From Singulisphaera sp. GP187 (GTDB lineage: Bacteria; Planctomycetota; Phycisphaerae; Phycisphaerales; SM1A02), in contig CAMBOV010000013.1 in the NCBI GenBank assembly GCA_945869475.1, positions 3,662-67,661 of the forward strand: a DNA stretch of 64,000 nt, in the 5' to 3' direction. Positions within the stretch are counted from its first letter, which is position 1. Every line of letters begins with the position of its first letter. A model generated the notes under the pieces. It was not told the origin of the DNA, ran no database searches, and was given only the letters and a program-made list of their open reading frames with translations. Positions 1 through 9,688 of the stretch are shown in pieces. Made by a program: the position numbers and the translations under genes.

Positions 1-66
1 GTGGAAAACCGCCGCGTTGGATGGCCGCCGAGCTGAAAGCAGGAAAGAAAAAAGAAGACTTCCTGA

Positions 67-1353
67 TTAAGTAAGACTTGTTGTGCTTCGTGTCGTTCGC
101 GGCATCACCGCAAGGGCAATCATAATGACGCCAACCGTCAAGAACACTCCGCGCGTGTGAAAGCTGTCGAACGCCCCCGCAGAAAACCAAATGATGGTGC
201 CGCCGAATGCTCCGATGCGAACTGGATCTGCGCGCAAGCAAACAATCGCACGCACGAAGAATGCGACGCCCCACACAAGGAAAAGCCCCAACCCAACAAT
301 GCCCGATTCGGTGAGAATCATGATGTATGTGGAGTGGGACGTGTCGTATGAGTGAATGTTGCCCCGCTTGTAATCAACATCAATCTCCGCGGTGGCTTTT
401 CGATATCCACCCAAGCCAACGCCAAACAGCGGGCTTTTCTCCCAGGCAATCAGCGACATTTCCCACATTGCGATTCGAGTTTCCACCATTTCTGGCGCAT
501 CGCCCCGCAGAGACTGCGTGGTTTCTTTTGATACTTGTTGGATTTTGGCAGCCATTCGTGCGCCTGCGACAAAATAGACAACTCCAAGAATGAGGATGCC
601 GATCGCGCCACGTGTGATCGCCTTGCGAATCCAACCTTTGGCGACAATTCCCAAAATGATATTCGCCAGCGCAATCTCGATGAGAATTCCCACCAGAGCC
701 GCGCGTTGACCTGCCCAAAAAAAACCGAAGGCGCTGAGCGCCGCCATTGGGATTGATAAAAACAAAACCCGCCATCCCGCGGATACAGAAAGAAAGAGCC
801 AGCAGCTGAGGGCGATCGCGTTCCACATTCCAGCCATCGTGGGATGGCGCATCCCTGCAGAGAGTCTTCCGCCGTGGTGCGTCGCTCCGAAAAACTCTCC
901 TGAAATCTGAATGCCCTGAAGCACCATCGTTGAAAATAAAAAACCGCCAAAGAGCCACTTCCAGTATCGATGGAGCGGCCAAAGCAATGGCAACCATGCG
1001 AAAAACTTGATGTGAGACAATCGATCAACCCCAATTTGCTTATCCGGCGACCACGCGATCGAAATCGCCGTCCATACAATCCAAAGCAAAAGCAATTTGA
1101 TCCACGTTTGCCCGAACATTCTTCGCCAAATCGGCCAAAGTACCGGCAATCTCAGGGCAGCAACCACGCACAATGTTGTAAATCCAATGCTCGCAGTCGC
1201 CGTCGAGATTGGCTCCATAATCATCGCAAAGATCGCAGCGACCAAGTGCGCTGGCTCGCCAACAATATCGCACCATCGACCGCCGCGCGTCGTCCCCTGA
1301 GCGTTGCGCCAATCGAGATCGCTCTCCCAAGGATGGAGGGACAAATCGGTCAC
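67..1353 (-). CDS. O-antigen ligase/polymerase family (Wzy_C-like) polytopic membrane protein
   Basis: 428-aa ORF with many hydrophobic helices. The segment 'SHSTYIMILTESGIVGLGLFLVW' is typical of O-antigen-ligase domain proteins. The start overlaps the stop of the upstream DegT gene by 4 nt. Confidence 0.65.
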   Translation of the reverse strand: MTDLSLHPWESDLDWRNAQGTTRGGRWCDIVGEPAHLVAAIFAMIMEPISTATASIGFTTLCVVAALRLPVLWPIWRRMFGQTWIKLLLLWIVWTAISIAWSPDKQIGVDRLSHIKFFAWLPLLWPLHRYWKWLFGGFLFSTMVLQGIQISGEFFGATHHGGRLSAGMRHPTMAGMWNAIALSCWLFLSVSAGWRVLFLSIPMAALSAFGFFWAGQRAALVGILIEIALANIILGIVAKGWIRKAITRGAIGILILGVVYFVAGARMAAKIQQVSKETTQSLRGDAPEMVETRIAMWEMSLIAWEKSPLFGVGLGGYRKATAEIDVDYKRGNIHSYDTSHSTYIMILTESGIVGLGLFLVWGVAFFVRAIVCLRADPVRIGAFGGTIIWFSAGAFDSFHTRGVFLTVGVIMIALAVMPRTTRSTTSLT

Positions 1354-2567
1354 ACGCTTATGGATGATTTCGAATTTGCCGTGACATACTTGACCACTTG
1401 TTCGGCGACATGCCGTAGCTGGTCCTGTGTCAAGTCTGGGAAAATCGGTAATGCGATTGTTTCCAGCGATGCTGCTTCGGTGTGTGGAAGCGTACCTGGC
1501 TTTGTCCCCAGATATTCAAAGCACTCTTGCAAATGAAGCGGCACGGGATAATAGATTTCTGTGCCGATTTTCTGCTCCGTTAAATGCGCGCGCAAATCGT
1601 CGCGCATTCCCTGCGGAACACGGATGATGTACTGGTTATAAATATGCCGAGCAGGCGCGGGAATCTTGTATGGGAATCGCATCGCGAAACCACTCTTGCC
1701 CTGGACACTGAGCGGTGTTCGAGAATCGCTCGCGCCCGCCGCTGCGAATGCGCCATCATAAAACGCAGCGTTGTGTTGACGGCCAGCATGCCAAGCCTCT
1801 AAATGCCGCAATTTCACGCGTAAAACCGCAGCTTGCAGCGCATCCAAGCGACCGTTCATCCCGACAGACTTGTGGATGTACTTCACACGGCTTCCGTGCA
1901 CCCGCAACATCTTCATTGAATCAGCAAGATGAGGGCAATCCGTCGTGCACATTCCTGCATCGCCAAATCCACCAAGATTTTTCGATGGGAAGAAGCTCCA
2001 CGTTGCAATCGCGCCGCGCGTTCCAACTGGCGCGCCTTGCGCATCACGCGATCCAATCGCCTGCGCCGCATCTTCAATAACCGCCGTGCCGAGTCGCGTG
2101 CCGAGAGTATGAAAAGCATCCATGTCCGCCGATTGACCATAGAGATGCACTGGCATAATCGCTTTGAGTTTCTTGCACGACTTCGCAGCTTCCGCGGTCA
2201 GTGCTGGGCACATGTTGTATGTCACTGGATCGATGTCGACCCATACTGGCTTCATTCCGATGCGCGCGACGGCGCCGCCAGTTGCGAAAAACGTATACGA
2301 CGGGCAAAGCACTTCTTCGCCGGGCTTTCCACCAATCGCCATCAGCGCGAGGACGATCGCGTCTGACCCACTGGTGCATCCAATGGCATGCTTGACCGAA
2401 CAGTACTCCGCAATTTCCTTCTCGAAGGCCTCGACCTCGGGGCCGAGGATGAAGATTTGGCTCGCGACGACGCGCGCGATCGCCTCGTCAATCTCACACT
2501 TGATCGCGTTGTACTGGGGCTTGAGGTCGAGAAGTGGAACGACGGGGTGCGTGCTCATGTTGGTCAT
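1350..2567 (-). CDS. DegT/DnrJ/EryC1/StrS-family PLP-dependent sugar aminotransferase
   Basis: Motifs 'LLDLKPQY', 'ILGPEVEAFEKEIAEY' and 'FFPSKNLGGFGDAG' (PLP-lysine region). The ORF is open to 2615, but that would overlap the divergent GH57 start, so ATG 2567 (or 2558) is preferred. Confidence 0.85.
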   Translation of the reverse strand: MTNMSTHPVVPLLDLKPQYNAIKCEIDEAIARVVASQIFILGPEVEAFEKEIAEYCSVKHAIGCTSGSDAIVLALMAIGGKPGEEVLCPSYTFFATGGAVARIGMKPVWVDIDPVTYNMCPALTAEAAKSCKKLKAIMPVHLYGQSADMDAFHTLGTRLGTAVIEDAAQAIGSRDAQGAPVGTRGAIATWSFFPSKNLGGFGDAGMCTTDCPHLADSMKMLRVHGSRVKYIHKSVGMNGRLDALQAAVLRVKLRHLEAWHAGRQHNAAFYDGAFAAAGASDSRTPLSVQGKSGFAMRFPYKIPAPARHIYNQYIIRVPQGMRDDLRAHLTEQKIGTEIYYPVPLHLQECFEYLGTKPGTLPHTEAASLETIALPIFPDLTQDQLRHVAEQVVKYVTANSKSSISV

Positions 2568-2613
2568 GGTTGCTACCGAGAGTAACACGCCAGACCGTAG
2601 ACTCCCAAATCTC

Positions 2614-3825
2614 ATGACTGCTGTGTGCTTCTATTTCCAGGTGCATCAACCCTATCGCCTTCGACAATATTCGGTCTTTGATAGCGATCCCTTCTACTTC
2701 GACAACGACGCGAATGCGTCGATTCTTCGCAAGGTCGCTGACAAGTGCTACCGACCAGCAACGAAGCGCGTTCTCGATTTGGTGCGACGGCACGAGGGTC
2801 GCTTTCGCGTCTCGTACTCGTTCTCTGGCACAGTGCTCGACCAACTCGAGGCGTGGGCGCCAGACGTCATCGACACGCTGCGCCAACTCAACGAGACTGG
2901 CGCATGCGAATTCATCGGCGAGACGAGTCACCACTCACTCTCGTTTCTCTTTTCGAAGAGTGAATTCAATGAGCAGATCCTCGCTCAAGAGGATCGGCTC
3001 AAGCGCATCTTCGGCGTCACACCGACGGTTTTTCGCAACACCGAACTCATCTACAACAACGAACTCGCTGGCCATATCTCGTGGCTCGGCAAACACAAGG
3101 CGGTGCTCTGCGAGGGCGTCGATCGAATACTCGGCACTCGCTCGCCGAACTTTTTGTACAGCCCCCCCGCGCGCGCGATCCCCCAAGGCTGCACTCCGGT
3201 CAAGTTGCTGCTGAAGAACTACCGATTGTCAGATGACATCGCATTTCGTTTCTCGGACCGCAACTGGGCAGATTGGCCGCTCTCTGCCGAGAAATTCGCC
3301 AAGTGGGTCAACCAGATCAATGGCAATGGATTCCTCTGCAATCTCTTTATGGATTACGAAACGATCGGCGAGCATCAATGGGCCGAGACAGGCATCTTTG
3401 AGTTTTTCGATGCGATGCCGGCGAAAATCTTCGATGTGAATCCCGGACACAACACTTTTCTCACGCCCACTCAAGTTGCCGACATTCACCAGCCCGTGGG
3501 TGAGTACGACGTCGATCGTCCAATCTCGTGGGCCGATACCGAACGCGACATCACCGCCTGGCTAGGCAATCCACTGCAAGACAACGCTGCAGCAGAACTC
3601 TACAAACTTGAAGCGCCTGTCAAGCGAGCACACGCTGCCGGCGATGAACACGCGCTCGAAGATTGGCGCAAGCTCACGACGAGCGATCACCTGTACTACA
3701 TGTGCACGAAGTACTGGGCCGATGGCGATGTGCACAAGTATTTCAGTCCGTACGAGAGTCCGTACGACGCGTACATCAACTTCATGAACGTGCTCGACAA
3801 CTTGCGCTCGCGCGTCGGTGGGTGA
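2614..3825 (+). CDS. glycoside hydrolase family 57 (alpha-amylase/branching-enzyme-like)
   Basis: The internal ATG at 2614 gives 'MTAVCFYFQVHQPYRLRQY', a GH57-type N-terminus. The upstream part of the 553-aa ORF is antisense to DegT. Confidence 0.8.
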   Translation: MTAVCFYFQVHQPYRLRQYSVFDSDPFYFDNDANASILRKVADKCYRPATKRVLDLVRRHEGRFRVSYSFSGTVLDQLEAWAPDVIDTLRQLNETGACEFIGETSHHSLSFLFSKSEFNEQILAQEDRLKRIFGVTPTVFRNTELIYNNELAGHISWLGKHKAVLCEGVDRILGTRSPNFLYSPPARAIPQGCTPVKLLLKNYRLSDDIAFRFSDRNWADWPLSAEKFAKWVNQINGNGFLCNLFMDYETIGEHQWAETGIFEFFDAMPAKIFDVNPGHNTFLTPTQVADIHQPVGEYDVDRPISWADTERDITAWLGNPLQDNAAAELYKLEAPVKRAHAAGDEHALEDWRKLTTSDHLYYMCTKYWADGDVHKYFSPYESPYDAYINFMNVLDNLRSRVGG

Positions 3826-3828
3826 GTT

Positions 3829-4635
3829 TCACGTGCGCGCAGGGCGCTCAGGGCGCTCAGTGCGTGCAGCCGCTCTCAATCGGCGAAGTCTGCTGTGTTT
3901 CTCCCATGTGCCCGTCGCGGTGAGCAGGCTGAGGTGCCATCCCAAGGAGCCGTCGAGAAGCCCCCGCTGAAGGATGCCGTGCTTCACGAACGCCGCCATC
4001 GGACGCACGAGCAGATCGATGATGGTCCCACCGCTGCGCCCCTGCGCGAACATCGTGCGCGATGAAATGTCGGCGTATCGAGAGGTGCGTGCGCGGGCGT
4101 CGGCGAGGTCTCGATACGACTCATGCAGACACGTTCCCGCGAGATCGGCCGTCTCTCCATCGACGACGAGTGCCTCGTGTGGGGAGGGACCATCCATTCT
4201 CCACTTGCCACGGCGAACGAGACGAAGCACGCGATCGGGGTAGCCGAAGTGATGTAACCACTGTCCCTGCATGAAGAGTTTGCGCACAACGAAGTAACCC
4301 TCGTGTCGCGGATCATCTCGCGCAACGGCGCTGCGAATCGACGCGGCGAGTTCTTCGTCGATCGACTCATCGGAATCCATCATCAAGAGCCATCCTGACG
4401 ATTCTGCCAGCCGGTTGGATGCCCCCTTGTTTTCTTTGTGGTTATCGAACTGGCGGTGCACTGGTTCGATACCAAATTCGAGGCAAATCTCGATGGTTTT
4501 GTCAGTTGACCCCGAGTCGACCACCGCGATCGTCGTCGCAATCGACTTCACACTCTCGAGCAACCGTCCAATGGATCGCTCGCTGTTAAAGGTTGTGATT
4601 GCGACGCCGAGCTTTCTCGCGACGCGGTCGGTCAC
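3829..4635 (-). CDS. family 2 glycosyltransferase (LPS-core KdtX/WaaE-like)
   Basis: 'AITTFNSERSIGRLLESV...AVVDSGSTDKTIEI' and 'MDSDE' (DXD). 4-nt overlap with pyrE upstream. Its stop lies 3 nt from the convergent GH57 stop. Confidence 0.8.
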   Translation of the reverse strand: MTDRVARKLGVAITTFNSERSIGRLLESVKSIATTIAVVDSGSTDKTIEICLEFGIEPVHRQFDNHKENKGASNRLAESSGWLLMMDSDESIDEELAASIRSAVARDDPRHEGYFVVRKLFMQGQWLHHFGYPDRVLRLVRRGKWRMDGPSPHEALVVDGETADLAGTCLHESYRDLADARARTSRYADISSRTMFAQGRSGGTIIDLLVRPMAAFVKHGILQRGLLDGSLGWHLSLLTATGTWEKHSRLRRLRAAARTERPERPART

Positions 4636-5180
4636 GCCTTCGCACTCGTCTGCGACGCGAACTCGGGCAACAGGTCCGCAACCGTAAAGAGACTCTCAAA
4701 CACAATGCCAGCACCCTCGATGTTCTCGCGCGCACCTTCCATCCGGTCGATCGTCGCGATGATGTGTGTCACAACTCCACCGAGCTCTTGGATCACCTTC
4801 GCCGCTTCGAGCGCTTGTCCCCCAGTCGTCGCGACATCCTCAACGATGACGACCTTGTCACCAGCGACGAGCACACCTTCGAGTTGCTTCGCGGTGCCGT
4901 AGTCCTTTTTCTGGTTGCGAATGAAAACGCATGGAATTCCGCTCGCCATGCTCGCGCTGCTGACGAGTGGGATGCCTCCAAGTTCTGCTCCCGCGAGTCG
5001 CGTGGTTCCAGCGGCGACGCGCGCCGCGAACATGCGACCCAGTTCCGCAAGCACATCGGGCTGCGTGCTGAAGAGATACTTGTCGAGGTAGAAAGTGCTG
5101 GTTCGACCGCTGCGAAGGGTGAAGTTGCCCCGCAAGAGTGCGACTGTTGCGATGCGTGTTGCGAGTTCTGCTCTGTTCAT
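4632..5180 (-). CDS. pyrE: orotate phosphoribosyltransferase
   Basis: 'LLRGNFTLRSGRTSTFYLDK' and the PRPP-binding motif 'VVIVEDVATTGGQ'. 182 aa. Confidence 0.9.
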   Translation of the reverse strand: MNRAELATRIATVALLRGNFTLRSGRTSTFYLDKYLFSTQPDVLAELGRMFAARVAAGTTRLAGAELGGIPLVSSASMASGIPCVFIRNQKKDYGTAKQLEGVLVAGDKVVIVEDVATTGGQALEAAKVIQELGGVVTHIIATIDRMEGARENIEGAGIVFESLFTVADLLPEFASQTSAKA

Positions 5181-5189
5181 GGTGCGATC

Positions 5190-6065
5190 CTACTTCGACG
5201 TTGCGCGGCGCATTGCGCGTGCGATCCACGGCATCGATGCGCAACCGATGGGAACGACAACGACGAGATCGACCGCGCGGTTGAGGAGTTCTGCCGCGAG
5301 ACCGATGTCGGTCGTCCACGTCGCGAGCGCTGGACCCGCGAGTCCGCTCGCCCACTCGCGCACGCCGAGTCCGTTGCCAACAAATGGAATCATGTTCGCA
5401 GCCGCTGCGATGCACGCTGCGGCGGCGGCGCTCTCTGGCGTCAGGTCGATTCCGAGAATCGCAAAGACCGCGCCGTATCGCACCGACCACGAGAGCAGGT
5501 CGATCCACCGCCAGAAGATCGCCTCGAAGTAGACGCGCCACGGAACACTGCTCGGCCACGTGTACGCGAGCCCCGCGAGAATGGGCAGCGCCGCGACAAT
5601 TCCCCCGAGCACCCGCGCGCCGGTGAAGTGCACGAGCGTCACTGCGAGTGCCATCCACATGATTGTTGCAGCGCAGACGACCGCGGCCTCAACGATCGAA
5701 AGTGTTGAGCGACGCAGTGGGATTCCGCTGACGACTTGCTGATAGGCGATCCTGCCAACAAGCCCAGGACGCATCGGCAAGTAGTTCAACACCGAGGACG
5801 CAGCGACCAACCCTTGCATCTCGCACATCGTGATGCGCCCGTGCCGGCGGACGAGTGCGAAGAACATGCCGCCTGATCCCACGATGTTTCCTAGAGCCGC
5901 GCCCATCGCCAGTGCGATGAACATCCAGTTGGGACGCACGATGACTTCGCGCAGGTGAGCGATGGTTGGCGCGCTGCGAGCAATCGCGATGATCGCTGCG
6001 ACGACGAGCGCGAGTCCGATGACGAATCCGCAGATCCGTGCCGATTTTTTGAGGGCTGGGCTCAT
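5190..6065 (-). CDS. polytopic membrane protein, possibly flippase-like (UPF0104/LPG-synthase-TM type)
   Basis: 291 aa with about 8 hydrophobic helices and a basic N-terminus, 'MSPALKKSARICGFVIGLALVV'. The family assignment is tentative. Confidence 0.4.
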   Translation of the reverse strand: MSPALKKSARICGFVIGLALVVAAIIAIARSAPTIAHLREVIVRPNWMFIALAMGAALGNIVGSGGMFFALVRRHGRITMCEMQGLVAASSVLNYLPMRPGLVGRIAYQQVVSGIPLRRSTLSIVEAAVVCAATIMWMALAVTLVHFTGARVLGGIVAALPILAGLAYTWPSSVPWRVYFEAIFWRWIDLLSWSVRYGAVFAILGIDLTPESAAAAACIAAAANMIPFVGNGLGVREWASGLAGPALATWTTDIGLAAELLNRAVDLVVVVPIGCASMPWIARAMRRATSK

Positions 6066-6077
6066 GCTCGCGACGTC

Positions 6078-8657
6078 CTACTGAGGATTGATCGGTGCGG
6101 TGACTGGAGGCGCGGGCGGAGGCTCTGCCGAGTTGACCGGCGCGAGTCGGCCGGCGCGACCCTTTCGCGCCTCGTCAGTCTTCGTCTTGTCTCGAACTCC
6201 CATCTTCGCTTGCGATCGTTCGCCGCGCATTCGCTCATCTGCGCGCGCGGCCTCTCGTTGAAAGCGCGACGCGATGACGGCGTGCGCCATCAGCGCGAAT
6301 GGATCGTTCGAACGCACCGCGGCCTCAAGCTGCGCATCATCCGGCGAGAGACAAAAACTCAAGAGATAGGCGCCGCGAACATCGCCCGATGTCGTCGCGC
6401 GCGCAATCTCGAGCACTGGATCGAACTCCGGCACTTCGTGAGGAGCGACGAGCAGCACCCACGCCTGCCCCGCTGCTGGCAACTTCGCGAATCCATCGGC
6501 GATTGCCTTCCACGCCTGCTTCGCCTGCTCGTCCGAGAGCAATTTCTTTTTCGCCGCGTACCCAAGAAGCACCATCGTGCGAAGGTCTTCGTCGGTTGTT
6601 GGTGACGCAGCGTGCGCGATCGCAGCGTCGATCCACGCTGTGTTCACGCGAACCCCTCCCACTTCAACATTTGGAACCTGTGGCTGCACGCCAAAGGTGC
6701 CCGCGCTGAATGAGCCAGCCTCTGCAACGTAGTTCAGCGCTCCGCGCATACTGACCGTCGAGCCAGCGATTGGATCTTGATTCAGCCGAAAACCAACCTC
6801 GGTGAAGCTCAAATCCCACATCATCTCCATCGATTCGCCCGGCGCGAGTTCGATCGCACGATCGAATGGAATGATCTGCGGGATCAACCGATCGACACCT
6901 GGATTCGAACTCGAGTTCAGCCGCGGCTGCATGAGAACGTTCTGCTTGATCGGTCCACCGAGTGCCACCGCCATCGTGAGATCCGTTCGGTTGGTGATGA
7001 TGAACCGATATCGAAGTGGATCGAAGGCCTCGACAAGCAACTTCTCTGGAATCACTTGGAAAGCGAAGGCGTTGGTCGAGCCCGAAAGGTACTGCTCGAA
7101 GGCTGGAGGAATCGACGCGACAATTCCATCGAGCGCTGCAACCGATGGATTCGGTGGGATGCCAACACCGACAATTTGCTTCAGTTCATGCGAGGCCAGC
7201 ATGCCGATGAGATTCCCCCGTTCGCTCGAGGCGATCGCGTAGAAGCCTCGCGCCGCATCCTTGAGATTTCCCGTCGCAGCGAGTGCCTGCGCGCGCATGA
7301 AGAGGGTTGCGGACGACGTTGACGATGACTGCTCGAGCATCGCGAGCGCACCCGCGCCATCTCCAGCCATCAGCTTGAGCCATCCACCAAAGCGCAACTT
7401 GGCATCATCACTGAGTGGCGCTTTCTTTTCAGCGGCATCGATGAGCCCTTGCACCAGCGGCGCATCGGCACGAATCAACGCTGCGGTGACTGCAGTGTCG
7501 AGGAGTCCCGAGGCTGCGAATTCTGCTTGATCGCGTTGCGCCTGAACGTTGACAACCTCGCCGGCCTCTGGAGAGTCGGCCGGTGGATCATCCTGTTCTG
7601 CTTGAGTTGTCGCCGCTGCGATCATCTGCGTGATCGCCTCCGCAGCGCCAGGCTGCTTGGATGAGGCTTGAATCGCAGCTTCAACGACCGCGACGAGAGG
7701 AGGAGTCGCGAACGGCACCGCCTCGCACTCAGCGCGCGTCATCGCTGGGTTGTAACTCTGAATGCGCACCGCCTGAACAGCCTTGCACACCGCGATGTGG
7801 CGCTGAAGCACAGTGATGGCGTCGTCGGCGCGATCCGATCCCCAGAGCGCGAGCGCTTGGTCGGTGACGATGAGATCGACAATCGCATCATCCACTTTCT
7901 TCGAACGACCAGCGAGCGCGGCGAGTTGATAGACGCGCGCGGCCGATCCATACGCCCCCTCTTGAAGGAGCAGCGCACCGAGTCGTCCCCACATTCGCTC
8001 TTCGATTGGATTGGCGAGAATCGCTGTCACGAGCAACTCTGCTTCACCAATTGGATCGTCGAGCTTTTCGTTGGCGAATCCCGCTGCTGTTTCTGCGGCT
8101 GCTGGAAACGCAGGGGAAAATGCGAGCGCCTGCGCGAGGTCGCGACCGAACGCCTCGACATCACCCATTCGCGACTCGAGCAGTGCCAAATCGAACGAGA
8201 GTCGCGATGCGACGGGGAGGCCGATCACCTTGATCGCTTCAGGGGTGAGATAGCGCCTGAAGACTTCGACTTGCTCTTCGGCTTTCTGAGAACGACCGAT
8301 CTCTTGCAGCAGGCGCCTGAGTCGGATCATCTGATCGCCGGGTTCGAGCTTCGAAACTCTTTCGAGCGCGACCTGCGTCATTTCAACCGCGGCTGGCATG
8401 AGATCGCCCGCAAATCCGCACAATCCCAGCAGTATTCTCCACCGCATCTGGTCGCTTGGATCAAGCAGTGCCGACTTTGTGGCGAAGAAAATCGCGGCAT
8501 CGAGCTCTGCTGGGGCGAGGTCGGTTGGAGTCACGGTCAGATACGCCTCACGCATGAGCAACTGCCCAAAGCGACGGGTCGAAGCATCCGCGAGCGACTC
8601 GGAGGGAGTTGCCTGAGCTTGGCCGCAAAGGCACAGAGTCAGGACGATTGCCAACAT
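6078..8657 (-). CDS. secreted alpha-helical (TPR-like) protein with beta-rich C-terminal module, function unknown
   Basis: The internal ATG at 8657 gives the signal peptide 'MLAIVLTLCLCGQAQATP'. The upstream 214 codons of the 1073-aa ORF are antisense to the better 8698-9660 gene. Confidence 0.6.
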   Translation of the reverse strand: MLAIVLTLCLCGQAQATPSESLADASTRRFGQLLMREAYLTVTPTDLAPAELDAAIFFATKSALLDPSDQMRWRILLGLCGFAGDLMPAAVEMTQVALERVSKLEPGDQMIRLRRLLQEIGRSQKAEEQVEVFRRYLTPEAIKVIGLPVASRLSFDLALLESRMGDVEAFGRDLAQALAFSPAFPAAAETAAGFANEKLDDPIGEAELLVTAILANPIEERMWGRLGALLLQEGAYGSAARVYQLAALAGRSKKVDDAIVDLIVTDQALALWGSDRADDAITVLQRHIAVCKAVQAVRIQSYNPAMTRAECEAVPFATPPLVAVVEAAIQASSKQPGAAEAITQMIAAATTQAEQDDPPADSPEAGEVVNVQAQRDQAEFAASGLLDTAVTAALIRADAPLVQGLIDAAEKKAPLSDDAKLRFGGWLKLMAGDGAGALAMLEQSSSTSSATLFMRAQALAATGNLKDAARGFYAIASSERGNLIGMLASHELKQIVGVGIPPNPSVAALDGIVASIPPAFEQYLSGSTNAFAFQVIPEKLLVEAFDPLRYRFIITNRTDLTMAVALGGPIKQNVLMQPRLNSSSNPGVDRLIPQIIPFDRAIELAPGESMEMMWDLSFTEVGFRLNQDPIAGSTVSMRGALNYVAEAGSFSAGTFGVQPQVPNVEVGGVRVNTAWIDAAIAHAASPTTDEDLRTMVLLGYAAKKKLLSDEQAKQAWKAIADGFAKLPAAGQAWVLLVAPHEVPEFDPVLEIARATTSGDVRGAYLLSFCLSPDDAQLEAAVRSNDPFALMAHAVIASRFQREAARADERMRGERSQAKMGVRDKTKTDEARKGRAGRLAPVNSAEPPPAPPVTAPINPQ

Positions 8658-8697
8658 ACGAAAAGTGTAGCCATTTGGGTTACACTCCCGCGCTCCC

Positions 8698-9660
8698 ATG
8701 ACGGCAACACGAATCCTTTCGACGGTTCTTTCGCTCATGGTCGCACTCGAGGCGCGTGCGCAGACGTCCCCCGCGCTCTCCGAAAAGGTTGTGGCGAGTT
8801 CGACGCTCGATGGCGAGGGCAAGGTCGAGGTCGCCGCGTTTATCAAGGCGACGGCAACGATGCTGCGCAGCGCCGATGCTGTGCAGGTGCGACGTGGACG
8901 CGAGGCGATCATCTCGTCGATTGGGAAGTCGCAACCAAATGCACCGTTTCGTACCGTGTTTGCCTCGATGCTGCTGCCGAGCCTCAAAGAGATCATCAAG
9001 ACTGGGACGCAGTTGCAAGGGGTCAATGCCCTCGAGGTGATGCGCGCTCTCAACTCTCCAGACTCACTCTCGGCGCTCGCCGAACAGTGTTCGAGCGCAA
9101 CGCAGCCCTCGGAGTCGCTGCGTCTCGTTGCGAGTGGATCGCTGGCGAGTGCGATCCTGTTTACCGATCTCAACACCGCCCAAGCCGATGCGATCGTTCG
9201 AGCACTCAGTGCATGTATTGATCGAGAAAACGATTGGATGGTCACCGCGTACGACTTGCAGTCGCTCAAGGCACTCGCAACGTCGCCGCACGTTCCCAAG
9301 GCGAGTCAGGGAACGGCCCGAGTGGTCGAATCGAGCGCGCTCGCACTTCTTGTCAGCAAGATTCGCAAAGAGAAAGTCCCGCCAGTCATGATTCGGGCGG
9401 TGAATCGCACGCTCGACTCGATTCTCTCTGGGCAGATTGAGGCGACTGATCCGACCGCGATGGCTGATTTCGGAAGGTCCCTCGAACCAGCGCTCAACAT
9501 GCTGATCGAGATGGCGAAGAATCCACCCACGAGCGACCACGCGGCGGCATTCGCGCAGTCGGCAAAGCTCGCTGAGACTCTCTTGCGCAACATCGGTGGT
9601 GGCAAGCCAGCCAAGACTCCCGCGCGCGCTGGCACAGTGAGCAAACCCGTCACGAAGTAA
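8698..9660 (+). CDS. secreted helical-repeat protein, function unknown
   Basis: Signal peptide 'MTATRILSTVLSLMVALEARAQT'. 320 aa with non-biased composition. Divergent from 6078-8657 with 40 bp between the starts. Confidence 0.6.
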   Translation: MTATRILSTVLSLMVALEARAQTSPALSEKVVASSTLDGEGKVEVAAFIKATATMLRSADAVQVRRGREAIISSIGKSQPNAPFRTVFASMLLPSLKEIIKTGTQLQGVNALEVMRALNSPDSLSALAEQCSSATQPSESLRLVASGSLASAILFTDLNTAQADAIVRALSACIDRENDWMVTAYDLQSLKALATSPHVPKASQGTARVVESSALALLVSKIRKEKVPPVMIRAVNRTLDSILSGQIEATDPTAMADFGRSLEPALNMLIEMAKNPPTSDHAAAFAQSAKLAETLLRNIGGGKPAKTPARAGTVSKPVTK

Positions 9661-9688
9661 CGCGCGTTGGGAACGTACCCTCGCGTCG

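Noticed and set aside
4599-5708. 369-aa ORF on the + strand
   Set aside because: It is entirely antisense to pyrE and the membrane-protein gene. Its Arg-rich, low-complexity composition is typical of a shadow frame in GC-rich DNA. No recognisable motifs were seen.
7668-9221. 517-aa ORF on the + strand
   Set aside because: It is antisense to the 6078-8657 gene and out of frame with the 8698-9660 gene. It is Arg/Cys-rich junk composition.
8658-9299. N-terminal 214 codons of the 1073-aa minus-strand ORF
   Set aside because: It overlaps the better-looking + strand gene 8698-9660, which has a signal peptide and balanced composition. An internal ATG at 8657 provides a clean signal peptide for the minus-strand gene.
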